NCBI GenBank assembly: GCA_013265495.1
Contig: MU058423.1
Coordinates: 8,851,627 to 8,915,626, forward strand
Reading direction: 5' to 3'
DNA: 64,000 nt
DNA from: Vicugna vicugna
Lineage: Eukaryota
Positions 41,736-56,365 of the stretch are shown piece by piece. Position 1 is the first letter of the stretch, and the number at the start of each line of letters is the position of its first letter. The notes beneath the pieces are model-generated. The model had not been told where the DNA came from, ran no database searches, and saw only the letters and a list, made by a program, of their open reading frames with translations. The position numbers and the translations under genes were made by a program.

Positions 41736-43571
41736 TTAAGTAAAGGAACTTAGCAGATCATCCCAAGAAAATGTTCTATAGCATCCTATGGCCACCTCTG
41801 TTAGCTCAACAGCCTAACACCTCGGTCCTCAGCAGCAAGAAAAGCTTTCTTGCACTAACCCCAAATCCCTTCTCTCCATTTAAGGTCGTCTCCTTCTGTT
41901 CTCTTTGCCAAAGAGTAGTAATTGAATAAAGCTAAAGGCAGTAACATTTGAAGTGGTTTTCCTTTGTCAAGTGGTATTAAACACACTTTTATTTTAACCC
42001 AGACACTTTAGAGAGGCTGCACAGAGCTTTTAGGATTTAAAACACTATCCCAATGTGCTACAAAGTTTTATACTCTCACAGTTTTTATTGCATTTATGGT
42101 TCCTAATTGTTTACTTAACTCCTGCTTTGCTCTTTCATACATTCATCCATGCATTCATTTATATTTATTGAGTCAAATAGTTACTGAGTTGAATAAGAGG
42201 ACATGTATTTTTCCACCTGCCTCATAAAGGACCACTGAAATCCCACAGACATCAACTGAGGGCAAAGTCTGCCCCTCCTGTACTGCCTGGGAAAACTAGA
42301 GCTCTCGTCCTGATCTATCATGATAGTTTTATCATGTACTGCATTACTCTCTTAAACAGGTGAACACAAGGCTGCTCTTCGTTCAGGACATAAGGTAATA
42401 CCCCCAAAGACCCAGGAGTTTCTAATCATTCATCTCCACTAAAGAATAAATCATGTGTCTCTAACCACCAATACAGGCAGAAGACTAATGTTACAGCCAA
42501 CCGTTGTCTAGAGACATCCAAATGCAGATTTAGCTCAACCGCATGCTTGACCATCTAAATTCTATCCATCGCGGCAACTCGGTCCTTCTAAATGTGACTT
42601 CTGGCATAACAGTCAACTGAACCATAAAGCTATTATCAAGTAGTTATAAAAATCACTGGCAGCCAGTAAATATTTGTTGAATAAAAACCTAAATGTATGA
42701 ATATTTTAATAGATGAAGCAATTGGGAGAAGAAAAATTAAAGAAAACTAGAATCACCATCCACAAATTGATTCATATTGTCCTAGTCTTTCTACAGGCTC
42801 TCAAGAGTCACTTGTTAGACATTCAAAAATTTTGAGATCCCAAATCAGCATGGGTGGGAATATTTACATCACAGAAATCAGCAAGTGCTCTTTATTTACA
42901 GAGCCAGCTTACAACACACCACTCCTGGCAACCTACAAATCTAAGAAATCACTCAGAATGAAGCAACCTTGTAAATGCTAATAACAAGGAGATGAAAACA
43001 GAGATGAAAGAACATATTCACACAAAACAGCAAGAAAGCATTTTTGGTAATGACATTGTTTGAAAAGAAGAAAAAAAAGTTACAGTGTTTACAATGCACG
43101 GACTACATTACAGAATAAAAAAGAGCTATATTAGGTGGAGCAAATAATCTACACATCTTGATTCCAGGGTGCTTTGTAAATTCTCCAGATGGCACAGAGT
43201 GAGGAGTATGCAAATATCTGCAGAGCAATGGGTTAGAAAGGATGTCAAAGGTCATCTAAGCACCCTTCCAAGCACTGAACTGAATCCCATCTATACAACC
43301 AGCACAAAATCGTGAATCTCCTAAGGTCAGGGAGTGTGTCCTCTGTGTTGTATGCCCAGAGTCTAGCACAGTGTTGGGCTCATTACTGTGCTGTGGCTAT
43401 AGAATGAATGAGTGAATGCATAAAAGAATAAATAAATGATCATTGCCAGGAGACCACTCAACATATGCCTGAACAACTCTAGTAGCTGGGAACTACTGAA
43501 ATTTCAAAGCAAAAATTATATAAAACAGTCTTTAATCATTAACTCCACACAATAACAAAAGTGCAATCTAG

Positions 43572-43900
43572 ACCATTGCTTTCTAATGGGAAATATAACA
43601 CAAGTCACAAAAGAGAGCCACATATGTAATTTTAATTTTTATAATCATATTAAAATAAAGTAAGAAGAAATAAATGATATTAAATTTTAATATTTTGTTT
43701 CATCTAATAAATCTGAAATACTATATTATCATTTTCGCATATAACCAACACAATTACAAACAAGATAGTTTTTTTCAAAATAAATCTTTGAAATCCAATG
43801 TGTATTTCAATCTTATAGTCTATTTCAGTTTGGACTAAACAAATTTCAAGTGTTCAGCAGCACATGGGGCTAGTAGTTACTGTACTAGACAGTTCAGCCT
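43572..43900. mobile_element. MER33-like hAT-Charlie MITE
   Basis: tctaatgggaaatataacacaagtcac...aaatttcaagtgttcagcagcacatggggctagtag...gtactagacag. Confidence 0.65.
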
Positions 43901-46124
43901 GGGACTAATTTGTATGGATACCTGGGAATTAGACAATATCCCACAATACTTTACACAATTATCCAAAGTACACCTGGCTTCCAGTCTCTGAACTCATCCA
44001 CAAAATATACACTCAAGCTCCAGGGGAAAGAAAGAGTCAATTGTTTACATTACCTAGACCTCCAAAAATATATTTGATAAGAATCAGTGGGAAGAACAAA
44101 ATTATCTCCCATTCATGAAAGAGCAAAATCGAACGGATTCACAGGGAAGAGCCAAAAACTCAGCACGACCAGTACCTAACAAAAAATGGGACACAGAATC
44201 TCCTGCTTTTCAGATTTACCATAAAGCTATTCACTAATCATTTTGCTCATCAAAAGAAACAGAGGTATGTGAAAATTCGTTTCTAAGTCACAGCCGAAAA
44301 GGTCACATATAAAGCAGCAGAATAGAATCTGTCTAGAACTAGCAAGAACAGGCACCAGACAAGCAGACCAGGGGCTGTTCTCTGGGCTCTTTATCAACCC
44401 CTGAGTGCTCCCCACGCTAATTTTGCTTCAAAGATAAAAATAATAGCAAACTGTCTTTGACTCCAGTATTGAAAATAAGAGCTTCATCTATGAGTCATTC
44501 AAGAAAATAATTATGTTTGTTAATGTAAATGATTGCAAACTTATTCCAAACCACCTTTATTAACTAAGGCTGGCTACTGGAAAAGTACTATGTAGAGTAC
44601 AAAGAATTTGGCACTTACTCTTCTACAGAAAGTTTGGTCCACTGATCTGAAACTATAAAAACAGGAATAACCAAAAAAAAAGGAGTCTGAGCCAGTTTTC
44701 ACAACTCAAACCACTGAAGCACTGCCATGCTCTAAAAAAAGGGGAAAGAAAAGATACAACTCACCTCCTTGTCTTAGCAGAGTGGCTCAGCAGAAGTGTG
44801 CTGGGCCCATAACTTACTTTCTCATGTGTATTTAGTGGGTCATAGAGAACTTGACAGTTGTTTCTGTCCTTATATTCTGTATAGTGGTGCTTATTCACCA
44901 CTTTAACAAGAAAACCTGATAGAGTCTGCTTTTCAGGGTGGTCCAAGTTACTCAGTATATACCCCAGCTGTTGAGAATAGATCCAAGAGTTTGGACTGGA
45001 TAAACCATCTACCTCCTTCATTTTCAAGACTCAGGAAATTGGCCCATCCTCACTATTCAAAACTAATGCAGATTCTTTCCCATTGTATCAAGCATCAAAA
45101 GCAAAGGTTTATTAAAGATCCATGGAGGCAGAAATGACCCTAAAGATCAACACTGAGAAGCAGAGGTAGTCATCATAAAGAAAAGTTGAAAATGAAAGGA
45201 AAGCCTTAACAGAGAGTAAAATAAATTTTGTTTTCTATATTTTTGATACTCAGGATAAAAACATGGTAAAGAGAACCTTCCCTTTGAAGTACGACGTTAA
45301 TTGCTAAATAAACTTTGACAAAAATCACAGTTTCATATTTAAGCTAACAAACATATGGCTTAACATTTATGTAAAGAGATATATTTCATAACTGCATCTA
45401 GCATCTACCAGCACATGTTTACATTGCTTTAGAAGAAGGCAGGCAGCCTAATGCCAAGTTCTAAGTGGTTGACCCTTCTGAGCCTTTGTTAAGAGACCTG
45501 CAAGTTCTGACGTGCCCAGATGAGATTTCCCATAAAGACTCAGCCACATTAAGATCTAGCTCAGCAACAGGGCTATCACTAGGGGTCATCCCGCACACAA
45601 AACAAACCCATCCCTGAACACAAACAGTATGGGTTCCTTTAAATGGCAAATGACATTAAAGGATTGCCAGTGGGAGGTTTGTGGTCCTCTGTTAAGGAAG
45701 GTTTCTGGACTCGAGCCTGCTTGAAGAGAAAACTTGCTACTCCTGTTGCTAGTAGATAAAACACCATTATTTGATAAGCCATCTCTTTCCAAGACTCTCA
45801 GGAAACAGTGCAAAAACAGTTCCACAAATGGCAGTGTGTTATTCTAATCCCAAGAGATCTGTTTTATTCCATACAGGTGTGGATCAGGAAATGTGCCTTA
45901 AGAGAGTTTCGGAAAGCTAGTTCTGCTCCATGTCAATAGAAACTGGGGGGGAAAGGGGAGGCATTCAGGATGAAGTATTGCAGAAAATTCTGAGTTAAAG
46001 TTAAACAGATTAGTTTACTACTTAGAATCATTCAGAATCTTTAACATGGAAATGTGTTTTGTAAATCTAAGTTTACTTGACCATTAAATCTTTTTTTTTT
46101 TTTTTTTGGCCAGGGTAGTAGACC

Positions 46125-46300
46125 TCAGTAGTTCACAACCTTGGCAGCATATCAGAATCATGTAGGTAGTTTTTAAAAATCCCAAGACCCAGACTTCACC
46201 CTGAGCCAATTATATCAGAATTTCTCGGTGTAGAACCCAGGCATCAATATTTTTTAAAGCTTCCCAGACTTTTTTAAACCGAGTATGAGAATCAACATAA
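46125..46300. mobile_element. MER5-like hAT MITE
   Basis: catatcagaatca...atcagaatttctcggtg...cccaggcatcaatattttttaaagcttcccag. Confidence 0.65.
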
Positions 46301-47374
46301 CTTTGGGAAAAACTGACCTATAGGTCTCTTCTCCAAGCTAAAATAAAATAGCCACATTAGAATATGTTCCCGGATTTATCCAAGAAGAGAACTACCCAAA
46401 AAAGTAAAAGAAAAAAAACCCACTAAACTAACAACTGGTGATAGGACATGCAACATTCAACCAGCTTTATTCCATTGGATGTCAGCTCAGGACGCTACCT
46501 CAACTTCACCTAAGTACCGAGTCATCATTTTTCATGTCACGCTCTCTATATTTGTCTTTGAAACTGGACCCCAGGATATTATTTATTGTCCATATAGTTT
46601 TATTCCTCATTTAATTTTATATATCATAGAAAAATTGGGTTTTAGTAGATTTATGAATCATCAATACTAAAAACAAATTACCAAAGTAATACATACGGAC
46701 CAATAAACAAAGAAGTAAATGTACACTGAATTTAAAAGCACAAAAAAGATTTAAAAGAAGAGTTGTACAGTTTAGATGGGTTACTTCTTCTGTGAGATGT
46801 AAGGAATTTTTCACAAACACTGTTTTATAAACACCCAAAAATGCAGATTTGAAAACCACTGCCATTGACCGCCAAGAAAATAATCTAGAAATTCCACCAA
46901 GGGATGGTGGTCTTGTGGGACATTAGACAGGCTGCCATTAATATGACTTTGCAGAATGACTGGTCAACAGTATAGACTATAAATTTGGTGGTACACTGAA
47001 AGGAAGAAAACCCAAGAAGAATCACACCAGGCTGGCTAGTTCAAGCTCTGTGACTCTGACCCCTTGCTTGCTCCCTTGAAGGCACACTGCCACAACAACA
47101 CTAAAGATGGGTGGACTCGAAGAATTAAGATAGATGAAAAGTACCATTTTCCTCTAGCTTTCGGCTGAAGTCACTCCTGATAAACACACTGGCTATCCTT
47201 AGTACAAATGAAAAGTACAGTTTCCAACACAACAACTTTACAATTGAATGGAACACCCTAAAACTGACCTGCAAACAGCAACATCACAACAAACACTCCT
47301 TGAGTGTCACCAAGCCAGGAATTCAACTGTCTCCAAGGTCTACTACATTTAGTGTAGCCAAGGATAGGCAGTAA

Positions 47375-47950
47375 ATGGGAGTGGGAGGTGGGGGGGTTGG
47401 GGGAAAGGAGTTAAAAGGTACAAACCTCCAGCTATAAGATAAGTAAGTACTGGGGATGTAAGGTACATGATGATTACAGTTAACACTACTGTATGTATGT
47501 ATGTATTTTAAGTTTCTAAGGAAATAGATCCTGAAAGTTTTCATTATAAGAAAAAAATTTTGTAACTATATGAGGTGATAGATGTTAACTAAACTTATTG
47601 TGGTGATAATTTCACAATATATAAATGTCAAGTTATTATGCTGTACACCTTAAATTTATACAGTGTTGTATGTCAATTATATCTCATTAAAATTGAAAGA
47701 AAAAAGATAAGTCGTAAAGCTACCCAAATCTTTTTTTTTAATTTGCTTTATATTTAGATAATTTTTAACTAGGTTAATAGAAAACTATAATTTAAAAGTT
47801 TTAAGATAGAATATGAAAATGAATATATGTATGTATACACATGACTGGGACATTGTGCTGTACACCAGACATTGACACATGGTAACTGACTGTACTTCAA
47901 TAAAGTAAATAAATAAATAATTTTTTAAAATAAAATTTTTAAGATAAATC
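47375..47950 (+). mobile_element. Two adjacent LINE-1 3' UTR fragments (older L1MA-like about 47375-47705; younger about 47785-47950)
   Basis: aaaggtacaaacctccagctataagataagtaagtactggggatgta; tgtgctgtacaccagacattgacaca...gtacttcaataaa. Confidence 0.8.
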
Positions 47951-50847
47951 CAAATAGAAAAACTCAATCATATAATCCTTTTGGTTATAATGATATACTT
48001 ACCCTGCAAACATATTATATAGTATTCTCCCTAACCTATCATTACAAAAGACAACCTATGCCATACAAATGAAAAATTAAAGCACCTAAACCCAGCACCT
48101 GGATTGTTATTCTCCATTCTTCACCCTAACATGAAAGGCATTCATGGGAGCTACCCCTAACATCTCCAATCCTCAGTTTAAGCGTTAAGCTTCCTTCCTC
48201 ATACCACCTATCTCATAACTCTAATGAGACACTGTAATTGTTTTACACACCTACACAGTTACAAACTATACACAGAGCTCCCTGGAGCATGGTTGTCCTA
48301 ATCATCTTTAGATCCATAAGACTATCACAGTGACTGGCACAGAAAAAGCAATAAGTGGATTAACGCATGTATTCCCTGGCACACTAGTAAGAAAAGAGCC
48401 CAATCCCCGCCTTCAGGAGGAGAGTCAGCCATATTTAGTGGGGAGTCAGCCATGCAAACAATTAACTACAATACATGACACTTGTTTTCATGGTGTGTGA
48501 AGCAAATGTAATGGGGCAAGAACAAAATGTAATACACAAAACGTAACAGAAAATTATCAGCACAGGACCTGCCAAGTATCTCTAGAAAAATGAGCTGAGG
48601 CATTACAGAAGAGACTGCTCAGATAAACATTTGTTAAATCAACAAATCTTGAAGAACAGCATTGTTTAAAACCTTAAAACCCCTTTTATTAGCCACTAAA
48701 ACAATACAGCATGAACGGGAACATGAGCATTTCAGTAAAGAGGGAATATAAAGGTACCAACCACACTTGGTACCAACAAGCCTTCAAAATTGTCTTCATT
48801 TTTTTAAATTTTTTTAAACAATAAAACAATTACATTTAAATGGAAGTTTCTTGGAGGCTTCCTATTTTTTAAATAAACATGTTAATACAGAAGTGGAATT
48901 TTTTTTTAAAGCTAGACAATGAAGATAAAAGTGTAATTTAACAACAAATGGGGTGGAAAACTTAGTGGACGATAGACTCCAGGTTCCAAAGGAAGGCTAA
49001 GGTGATGATGGTCGATAGAACTAGTGTGAAGATGTTTCTTGATGATACTGCATTGGCCTTGGTCGGCCTGGGCTGTACACTAAAATCACTCATGTCTCAT
49101 CTCAGCATTAGGAAAAAAATTAAGTTTATCTAGTCAAATTCCAGAAAACTAGTAGTATTTTTTTCAATTAAACTTTTCACTAAATTTTAAATGTACACTT
49201 TGTGGTATTTTCTGTTTCAAATGTATGATTTATGGAGAGTTTGGATTTAGAAATGCAGTTTAATGTAAACACAACTCTTGGTGTCTGAGTTATCAGACAG
49301 ATACAACTTAGAGCTGCATTCAAGGGCAAACTTTTAGTAGGAAATAGGTGCCTAAACTAAGGGAAGAAATTCCTGATGTTTGTGTTAAGCGCTTTTTTTC
49401 AGGTACGTAACCAAAACTCTTTATGTCTAACAACAACACTATAATTTTCTCCAGAATATTGTCTCAGTTTCTTTCTTCTAAAATACATTTGAGATCATGT
49501 GAATTAAAAAGACAGAAAATGACTTAAATGTCTACCTATAAGAGAGTGGCTAAATGCATTCCTGTGTACACTATACAGCAATCAGACAGAACAAGGAAGG
49601 AAGCTCTCTACGTACTGATGTGAAAAGATACATCCAAAACGAGTTAAGTGGAAAAAAGTTAAGATGCAGAACAGTACATGCAGTATGTGATATTTTGTGA
49701 TAAAAACAGGACCAATAAGAATGCATATCTTTATTTGCTTGTATGTGCATAAAGAAAGTCTAAGAAGGATACAGAATAAACCAGTACCAGTAATTATCTG
49801 GAAAGGACCAGACAGATAAGAATCAAGGGTGGGAGAGAGTTTTCACTGTAAAGCTTCTCATATATTTTAAAAATATTGGAACCATGTTAATCTATTTATA
49901 TTTTCAAATATTTAAAATTTAAAAATTTGGAAAAACTGGCTACAATTATGAAAATTACGATTTAATTCTATGTTACATTTTAATAATTTTCTTACTGTCT
50001 TTCCTTCCATTCTGATCTTATTAATTGTTCAAAGATTCTAGTTCTCAGGTAACAAATTAATTACCCACCACAGACAAGCGCCTCAATCTTTCCTGCTCCT
50101 CTCTTTCATTATTGTCAGTAATTATGACACTAGTAACAGTAACAAGCAATCTGTATGCTTGTAGACTTGGACACATAAATAAGCAAAAGGGCAGAAATAT
50201 CAGAATCATTCACAATTCTCAGAGATGACTGTCGTGGGAGCTTTGATGTATGCTCCCTTCTACTTTTTAAACAACCTCAACTTTACTTGAAATTTTTAAA
50301 ACACCTTCTTCAGGTGATACTTAACAAAATATTCTTTCCCAACACTGTAATGAGAGACAGCCTTCCTTAGGATGGAAGCTACATTTGTCTGCTAAACGGA
50401 GAATGTAGGGTCCCCACTAAATATATACTTCTGGGAAGGTACTCTGAGGGTCTTATTCTATATTTCCAGCCCCCAACACTTGGTGAGAGCTCAATCCATG
50501 CTCACAAAATGAAAGAATGAATGGATGAATCAACGATGTAGCGTACTGAGATCTAGCAAACCTCCACATGGTTATTAGGTCGTACATCAGGCACTCCTTG
50601 TACTTCAACTGTCAAGATATAGGAAGGATTCAAGGAAAAAATTAATTTCTAAAAAGGAAAAGCTATTTTATTCTTACTAGATGGGTGAGGGCAGGAGGGG
50701 TTGTCTCTACAAAAATGAATAATAAAAATTACCATCTCATTTCATTCCATAAAACACCATGGTCACAGTCTAAGGACAATTAAAAAACACAATAATCCAA
50801 CTCTAAAGGAGCGCGCTGTGTGGCCCAGTGCGATGGCCCACGTCTCA

Positions 50848-50940
<93 letters not shown>

Positions 50941-51971
50941 CTAAGACAAATAAATAGCAACACTTAGAACACCACCAAAGAATGACACAAAACTAATATA
51001 ATTACTCACCAAATCTGCATTTCACTTCTTGCACTTTGAAAGTGACAGCTGTCATGGTGATAATGTTGATCTTCAGACAGCAAGCAAGCTGCCAAAATTT
51101 CCTTTTTAGCTTGAAGCTAAATGGTAACCTTTGGCTTTTAAGGATGAGCAGAAGCTTTAAGACAGAGGGCAGATCCATAAAGGGGCCGTCTGGGGCTGTT
51201 TACAAGGCACATTGAACACATACAATGGCAGGGTTTTCCCTTCTGGGAGCAGAACAATTGTACCTCCATTACTGAACTGTGTGTTCACCAAAGACCAACA
51301 CAGGCCTGCCTGTCCTTCACAGAAGACCCACTGTGAGGTAATTCAGTTCCTGATAAATTCTGAAAGACATCTCAGGGCACAAGACCCTTGGGAGGTCTAC
51401 CGGGTTCTCCATCTGCTCTGAGGACAGCTCACGTTGCTTTCTTAAACAATCAATAAAATCACAACGAAATGGAGGGAAATGCATACAGGTAAGAGCATTA
51501 GAAAACATGTTGGCTTGGCTCTTAACATCAAGAATAGTTATATCCCTCTGGTGCAGCACAATAAACTACTCTTCGACCAAGAACAAACAAAAACGAGCTC
51601 TTAAAACCAGTAAACGACTTCTGTTTAGTCATTCTGACTAAATAATACACGCCAGGAGCTATATCAGGTACTGGCACCTCTCTCAGCAGAATTCGCATTC
51701 TTGTCGGGCAAAAAAATAACTAACAAAAATAAATCCAATCTGAGATAAGTGCTGAAAAGGAAATAAACAGAGTCCTGGAAAGAGAATAGACTTACTCAGT
51801 ACCCTGAAGTAAAGTCGTCAGGGAGGGGTCTCTGGGAGCCACGGAGGGTGGGGTGTGCAGGAGGAGCACACAGGAATGGCTAAGGAAAAGGGGGAACGAG
51901 AGGGGCCGGGGTCCCTGCCGGGGGCGAGAGCGTGGCGAGTCCCGCAGAGGAAGACGGTGTGGGTGTGGCTG

Positions 51972-52011
51972 GGGCGGGGCAGGAAGGGCGGGGCAGGAAG
52001 GGCGGGGCAGG
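51972..52011. repeat. 14-bp tandem repeat gggcggggcaggaa, about 2.9 copies
   Basis: Read directly: 51972-51985, 51986-51999, 52000-52011. Confidence 0.9.
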
Positions 52012-53599
52012 CCGTGGTCCGACTGCGAAGAGCAAGGCAACCAGGAGGAGAGCTTGGTTTTATTCTAAGTGCAGCTGAATGTTTTAATTCTCAGACAAGA
52101 GCACTGATCCTTTTCCTTTATAGTATGATTCAAATTCAATCCCTAAAATCCTTTCTACCTAGAATTAATGACATTATGTCCTTAATATGTCCCAACATCA
52201 AAACCCTATGCATTTCAACAAGAATGGCCGAGTCCACTTCTTAAAAAGTAGGGTTTTCCTCTTCTGCTTACAAAGTTTCTGTAAGCTGTTCCACTGGCAA
52301 TATTACATGGATTTAATTATTAATAATTTCAGGACTAGAAAACATCTCAACCCTCTAAAGAAAGAAAACTAATATAAATACAGAAAAAATACTTCTAACT
52401 TTAAGAAGAAAGCTCCATATTCTTTTGACAAGTAAACATGAAGGTCTGATAAAGCACACATCAAACAAAGCGAATTGAATATGAAACAAAAACAGCCCAG
52501 AAAATGAAACCACAGCAAAAGAAAGATCAAGACATGAGACACAGATTCCACAGAGAACCACATCTCGAGTTGCAGCTCAAATAATTGCAAAAATCCATTT
52601 AAACCAACCCGAGCTTTAAAGACCGTTTTCAGTCACCAATATTAAAACAGGACTTCGTTGTTCCCTAATGGGCAGGTTACATAATACACTGAACAGAGTT
52701 GGTTATAATACAGTGATTTTTCAAGCCTAAGGATGCAGCAATATTTGAAAATTGACTACTCCTGTTAAAAGGGAAAGCTGCTTGCAGCAAGCTCCTGTGT
52801 TTGGATTAGATAATTAAAGCTTATACAACCCCCTTTGGAAAGCAAAAATACATTTCCCTCCTCAGGAGCAATTACATTAATTCCCTTTAATTCTGAGGCA
52901 GTCATTCTGCAGGAGGGAGGCAACAGCCTACAGGAAAGACTTCTCTAGACTGGTTACCCCACTGGGTTTTGCTACTCATCTTACCCGCATGACTTAGCAC
53001 ACATGACCCATGTTCTCACACTGTAAGATGAGAGTCTTTGTTTTTATTTTTATCCCAGTGCTAAATTATTAATAAGTGCAAAGTGAAACCCAACAGAGGC
53101 CATCTAAATTCCAGCAAGATTCCAGGGGCAGGTAAATGCATTGTCCTTTTACAACCTGACAATAGGTACTCGGGAGAGAGGTGAAGTGTCTATTAAGTGA
53201 GTGCTATTACTGAATGCGTGCATGCTGGTCATGAAAATAACCCAATTCCAGCTTTCCAGGAGAAGAAATGTCATGGACTCTTATACCCAATCTTCTCAGA
53301 TATGTCTCCTATTCAAAAAAGAGAAAGACAGACAGACAAACTAGGCCTGATTAGAGCTCAAAGAAAACAACTTTTAAGCCTGTGCTGTTGAGGGACCTAA
53401 AGCTCAGAAAGATCAGGAGCTTCCCAAACTCGCATTGCTGCTCTGTGACAAAGTTAGAATTCGAACACAGATCTGACTGCAAAGCCCACACAGCACATCT
53501 GCTTGAAAGCAGAGATGTAGACAATGGAAGAAGAACTGGGGTGGGCAGGGGGAGATTCCTACTCTTCCAATTCCTAAATGCCATTACCCTTGACTTTTT

Positions 53600-53825
53600 T
53601 GGGGGGAGGGGGGATTTCTTTTCTTTTTTTAAAAAATTTTTATTGAAGTGCAGTTGATTTACAATGTTGGTTTCAGGTGTACAGCAAAGTGTTTCAGTTA
53701 TACGTATACATATATATATTTTTTCTTTTCAAATTCTTTTCTATGTTATTACAAGAAATTGAATATAGTTCCTTGTGCTATACAGTAGGTCCTTGTTGTT
53801 AACTTATTTTGTATATAGTAATGTT
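53600..53825 (-). mobile_element. LINE-1 3' end in the same orientation as CDC14A
   Basis: tttattgaagtgcagttgatttacaatgtt...tgtgctatacagtaggtccttgttg; imperfect flanks ttacccttgacttt / ttacatttgacttt. Confidence 0.85.
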
Positions 53826-54899
53826 ACATTTGACTTTCAAAATTAAGTGACTTTAAACTGTTACCAGTAGTTGTGCCTGAGGAATAGGGCTGGGGGAGGA
53901 TCAGAAGGAGGAAGGAGGACTTTCTACTTTATATTTTATACTATCTGCATGTTTCTTGTATTTTTTACTAACATGCATTAATTTGTTTTTTTAATGTGTA
54001 TTAATTTGTTTTTAACTGATTTCATAACTAAATCAGTTATAAAATATTAAATGTGTATTCATCTTAAAATCTACATTTAATTAACACTCATAAATTTGCT
54101 ACCAGATATACTAATACTTCTAAAAATATTTTCTGAATCAAATTAATTTAAAAGCACCATTTAAATACCCTGATTTTCCTTTTCTGCTTCTCAGGAAAAA
54201 AATAACATGCTGTCTACTCTTCTCACTAGGTATTAGCATATATAAACCCAAACCGGAAGAATCGTCCCCAACTTTTGATTGATAAATCTTAACAAAAGTT
54301 TTCTGTATAGTGCTTGGTTTATCACGCCAATTTATCCCTGAAATAGTGGGTATCTGTACTGCTCTTATAAAATTGTCCTACTCTTTGCTAGGAAATCCTA
54401 TAAACCTTCTCAACAGAATAGCATTTGACATATATGTTCTTACTTTTAACTAACTAGGAGTCAGTCAATTAAAGTGATTTTTCTCCTGCTTAATTAACTT
54501 TGATGCCAGGTACCAAGGACCAAAACAACTCTTTTAACTTTTAATAAAAGATTCTTAAAGAGCCAACATTCTAACATATATATTACCAATAGCTATGAGT
54601 CTTATTTAACAATAATTAAAATTACAGTACTACAAACTAGTATAACATCTATTATTTACCAATAAGCCAATGTCTCCCAAACTTCAATTAATCATCATCA
54701 ACTTGCTCAACTTCTGCCACTACATGCATGTGTTACTATTCTCTTTAAACAGACATACTCTCTTAACTTACATCAATTTATTCTGAAGTGTTTTATATCA
54801 TTGCTATAAATGGAAAACCAGTATCATTTGCCATTGAGTCCACACATAAAAGAATTTTAAAATACATAACTCTAAAAATTTTTAAATGTTTGTGCAGAG

Positions 54900-56365
54900 T
54901 AATTGCCATATAAGTGTGGGTTCATTTCTGGACTCTGTGCTGTTCTGTGGATCATGTATGTGTCTGTTTTTGTGCCAGTACTGTGCTGTTTTAATGACTG
55001 CAGCTCTGTAATATAGTTTGAAATCAGGGAGCATGATTCCTCTAACTTTGTTCTTTCTCAAGATCGTTTTGGCTATGTGAGGTCTTTGTGTTTCCATACA
55101 TATTTTATAATTATTTGTTTTAGTTCTGTGAAAAATGCCATTGGGCAATTAATCTTTGACAAAGCAGGCAAGGATATACAACATGGGGAAGTTATCCCCT
55201 TCAGTGAACTGTGTTGGGAAAACTGAACAGTTACATGCAAAAGAATCCAACTGGACTACTCTCTCACACCATGCACAACAATAAATTCAAAATGGATTAA
55301 AGACTTAAATGTAAGACCTGAAACCACAAAACTTCTAGAAGAAAACATAGGCAGTATTCTCTTTTACATCAGTCTTAATAGTAGTTTTTAGGATATGCAC
55401 CCTCAGGCAAGGGAAGCAAAAGCAAAAATAAATGGGACTACTTCAAACTAAAAAGCTTTTGCACAGCAAAGAAAACTATCAGCAAAACAAAAGGGCCACC
55501 TACTGAATGGGAGAAGATATTTGCAAATGACATGTCTGATAAGGAGTTAATGTTAAAATAGACAAAGAACTCATACAACTCAATATCAAGAAAACAAACA
55601 GCCCAATTAAAAAATGGGCCAAAGATCTGTAAAGATATTTTTCCAAAGAAGACATACAGATACCCAACAGGCACATAAAAAGATGCTCCACATCACTAAT
55701 CATCAGGGAATGCAAATTTCAGAGGTAAAGGGGGTGAGGGGAAGAAACAGGTGAGGGAAATAAAGAGACACAAACTTCCAGCTGCAGAATAAATGAGTCA
55801 TGGGTATGAAATGTACAGTGTGGGGAACAGAGTCAATAAATATGTAGTATCTTTGTATGGTGACACATCGTAACTAGGTTTATCATGGTGATAATTTTGA
55901 AATGTACACAAATACTAAATATCATGTAACAAGAACTAACATAGTGTTGTAGGCCATCTTCAAAACAAACAAACAAATTCATATTAAAAGAGATCAGATC
56001 TGTGGTCACCAGAGGTGGGGGTTCAGGGGAGGGGAAACCAGATGAAGGAGTCAAAAGATACAAACTTCCACTTATAAGATAAATAAGGACTAAGGATGTC
56101 ATGTACAATGATAAATATAATTAGCACCATTCTATGTTACATATGAAGTTGTTAAGAGAGTAAATCCTAAGAATTCTCACAAAAAAAATTCCTCCTATTT
56201 CTTGAATTTTGTATCTATATGAGATGATGGATGTTCACTAAACTTACAGTGATAATCATTTCGTAATGCATGTAAGTCAAATCATTATGTTGTACGCCTT
56301 AAACTTATACAGCGCCGTATTTCAATTATACCTCAATAAAATTGGAAGAAAAAGTAAGATAAAAC
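54900..56365 (+). mobile_element. LINE-1 insertion with inverted 5' ORF2 segment (54900-55144 on minus), sense ORF2 end and 3' UTR
   Basis: Minus-strand peptide IAKTILRKNKVRGIMLPDFKLYYRAAVIKTAQYWHKNRHI, then plus strand caattaatctttgacaaag...aaatggattaaagacttaaatgtaagacctgaaac; ends ctcaataaaattggaagaaaaa. Confidence 0.92.
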
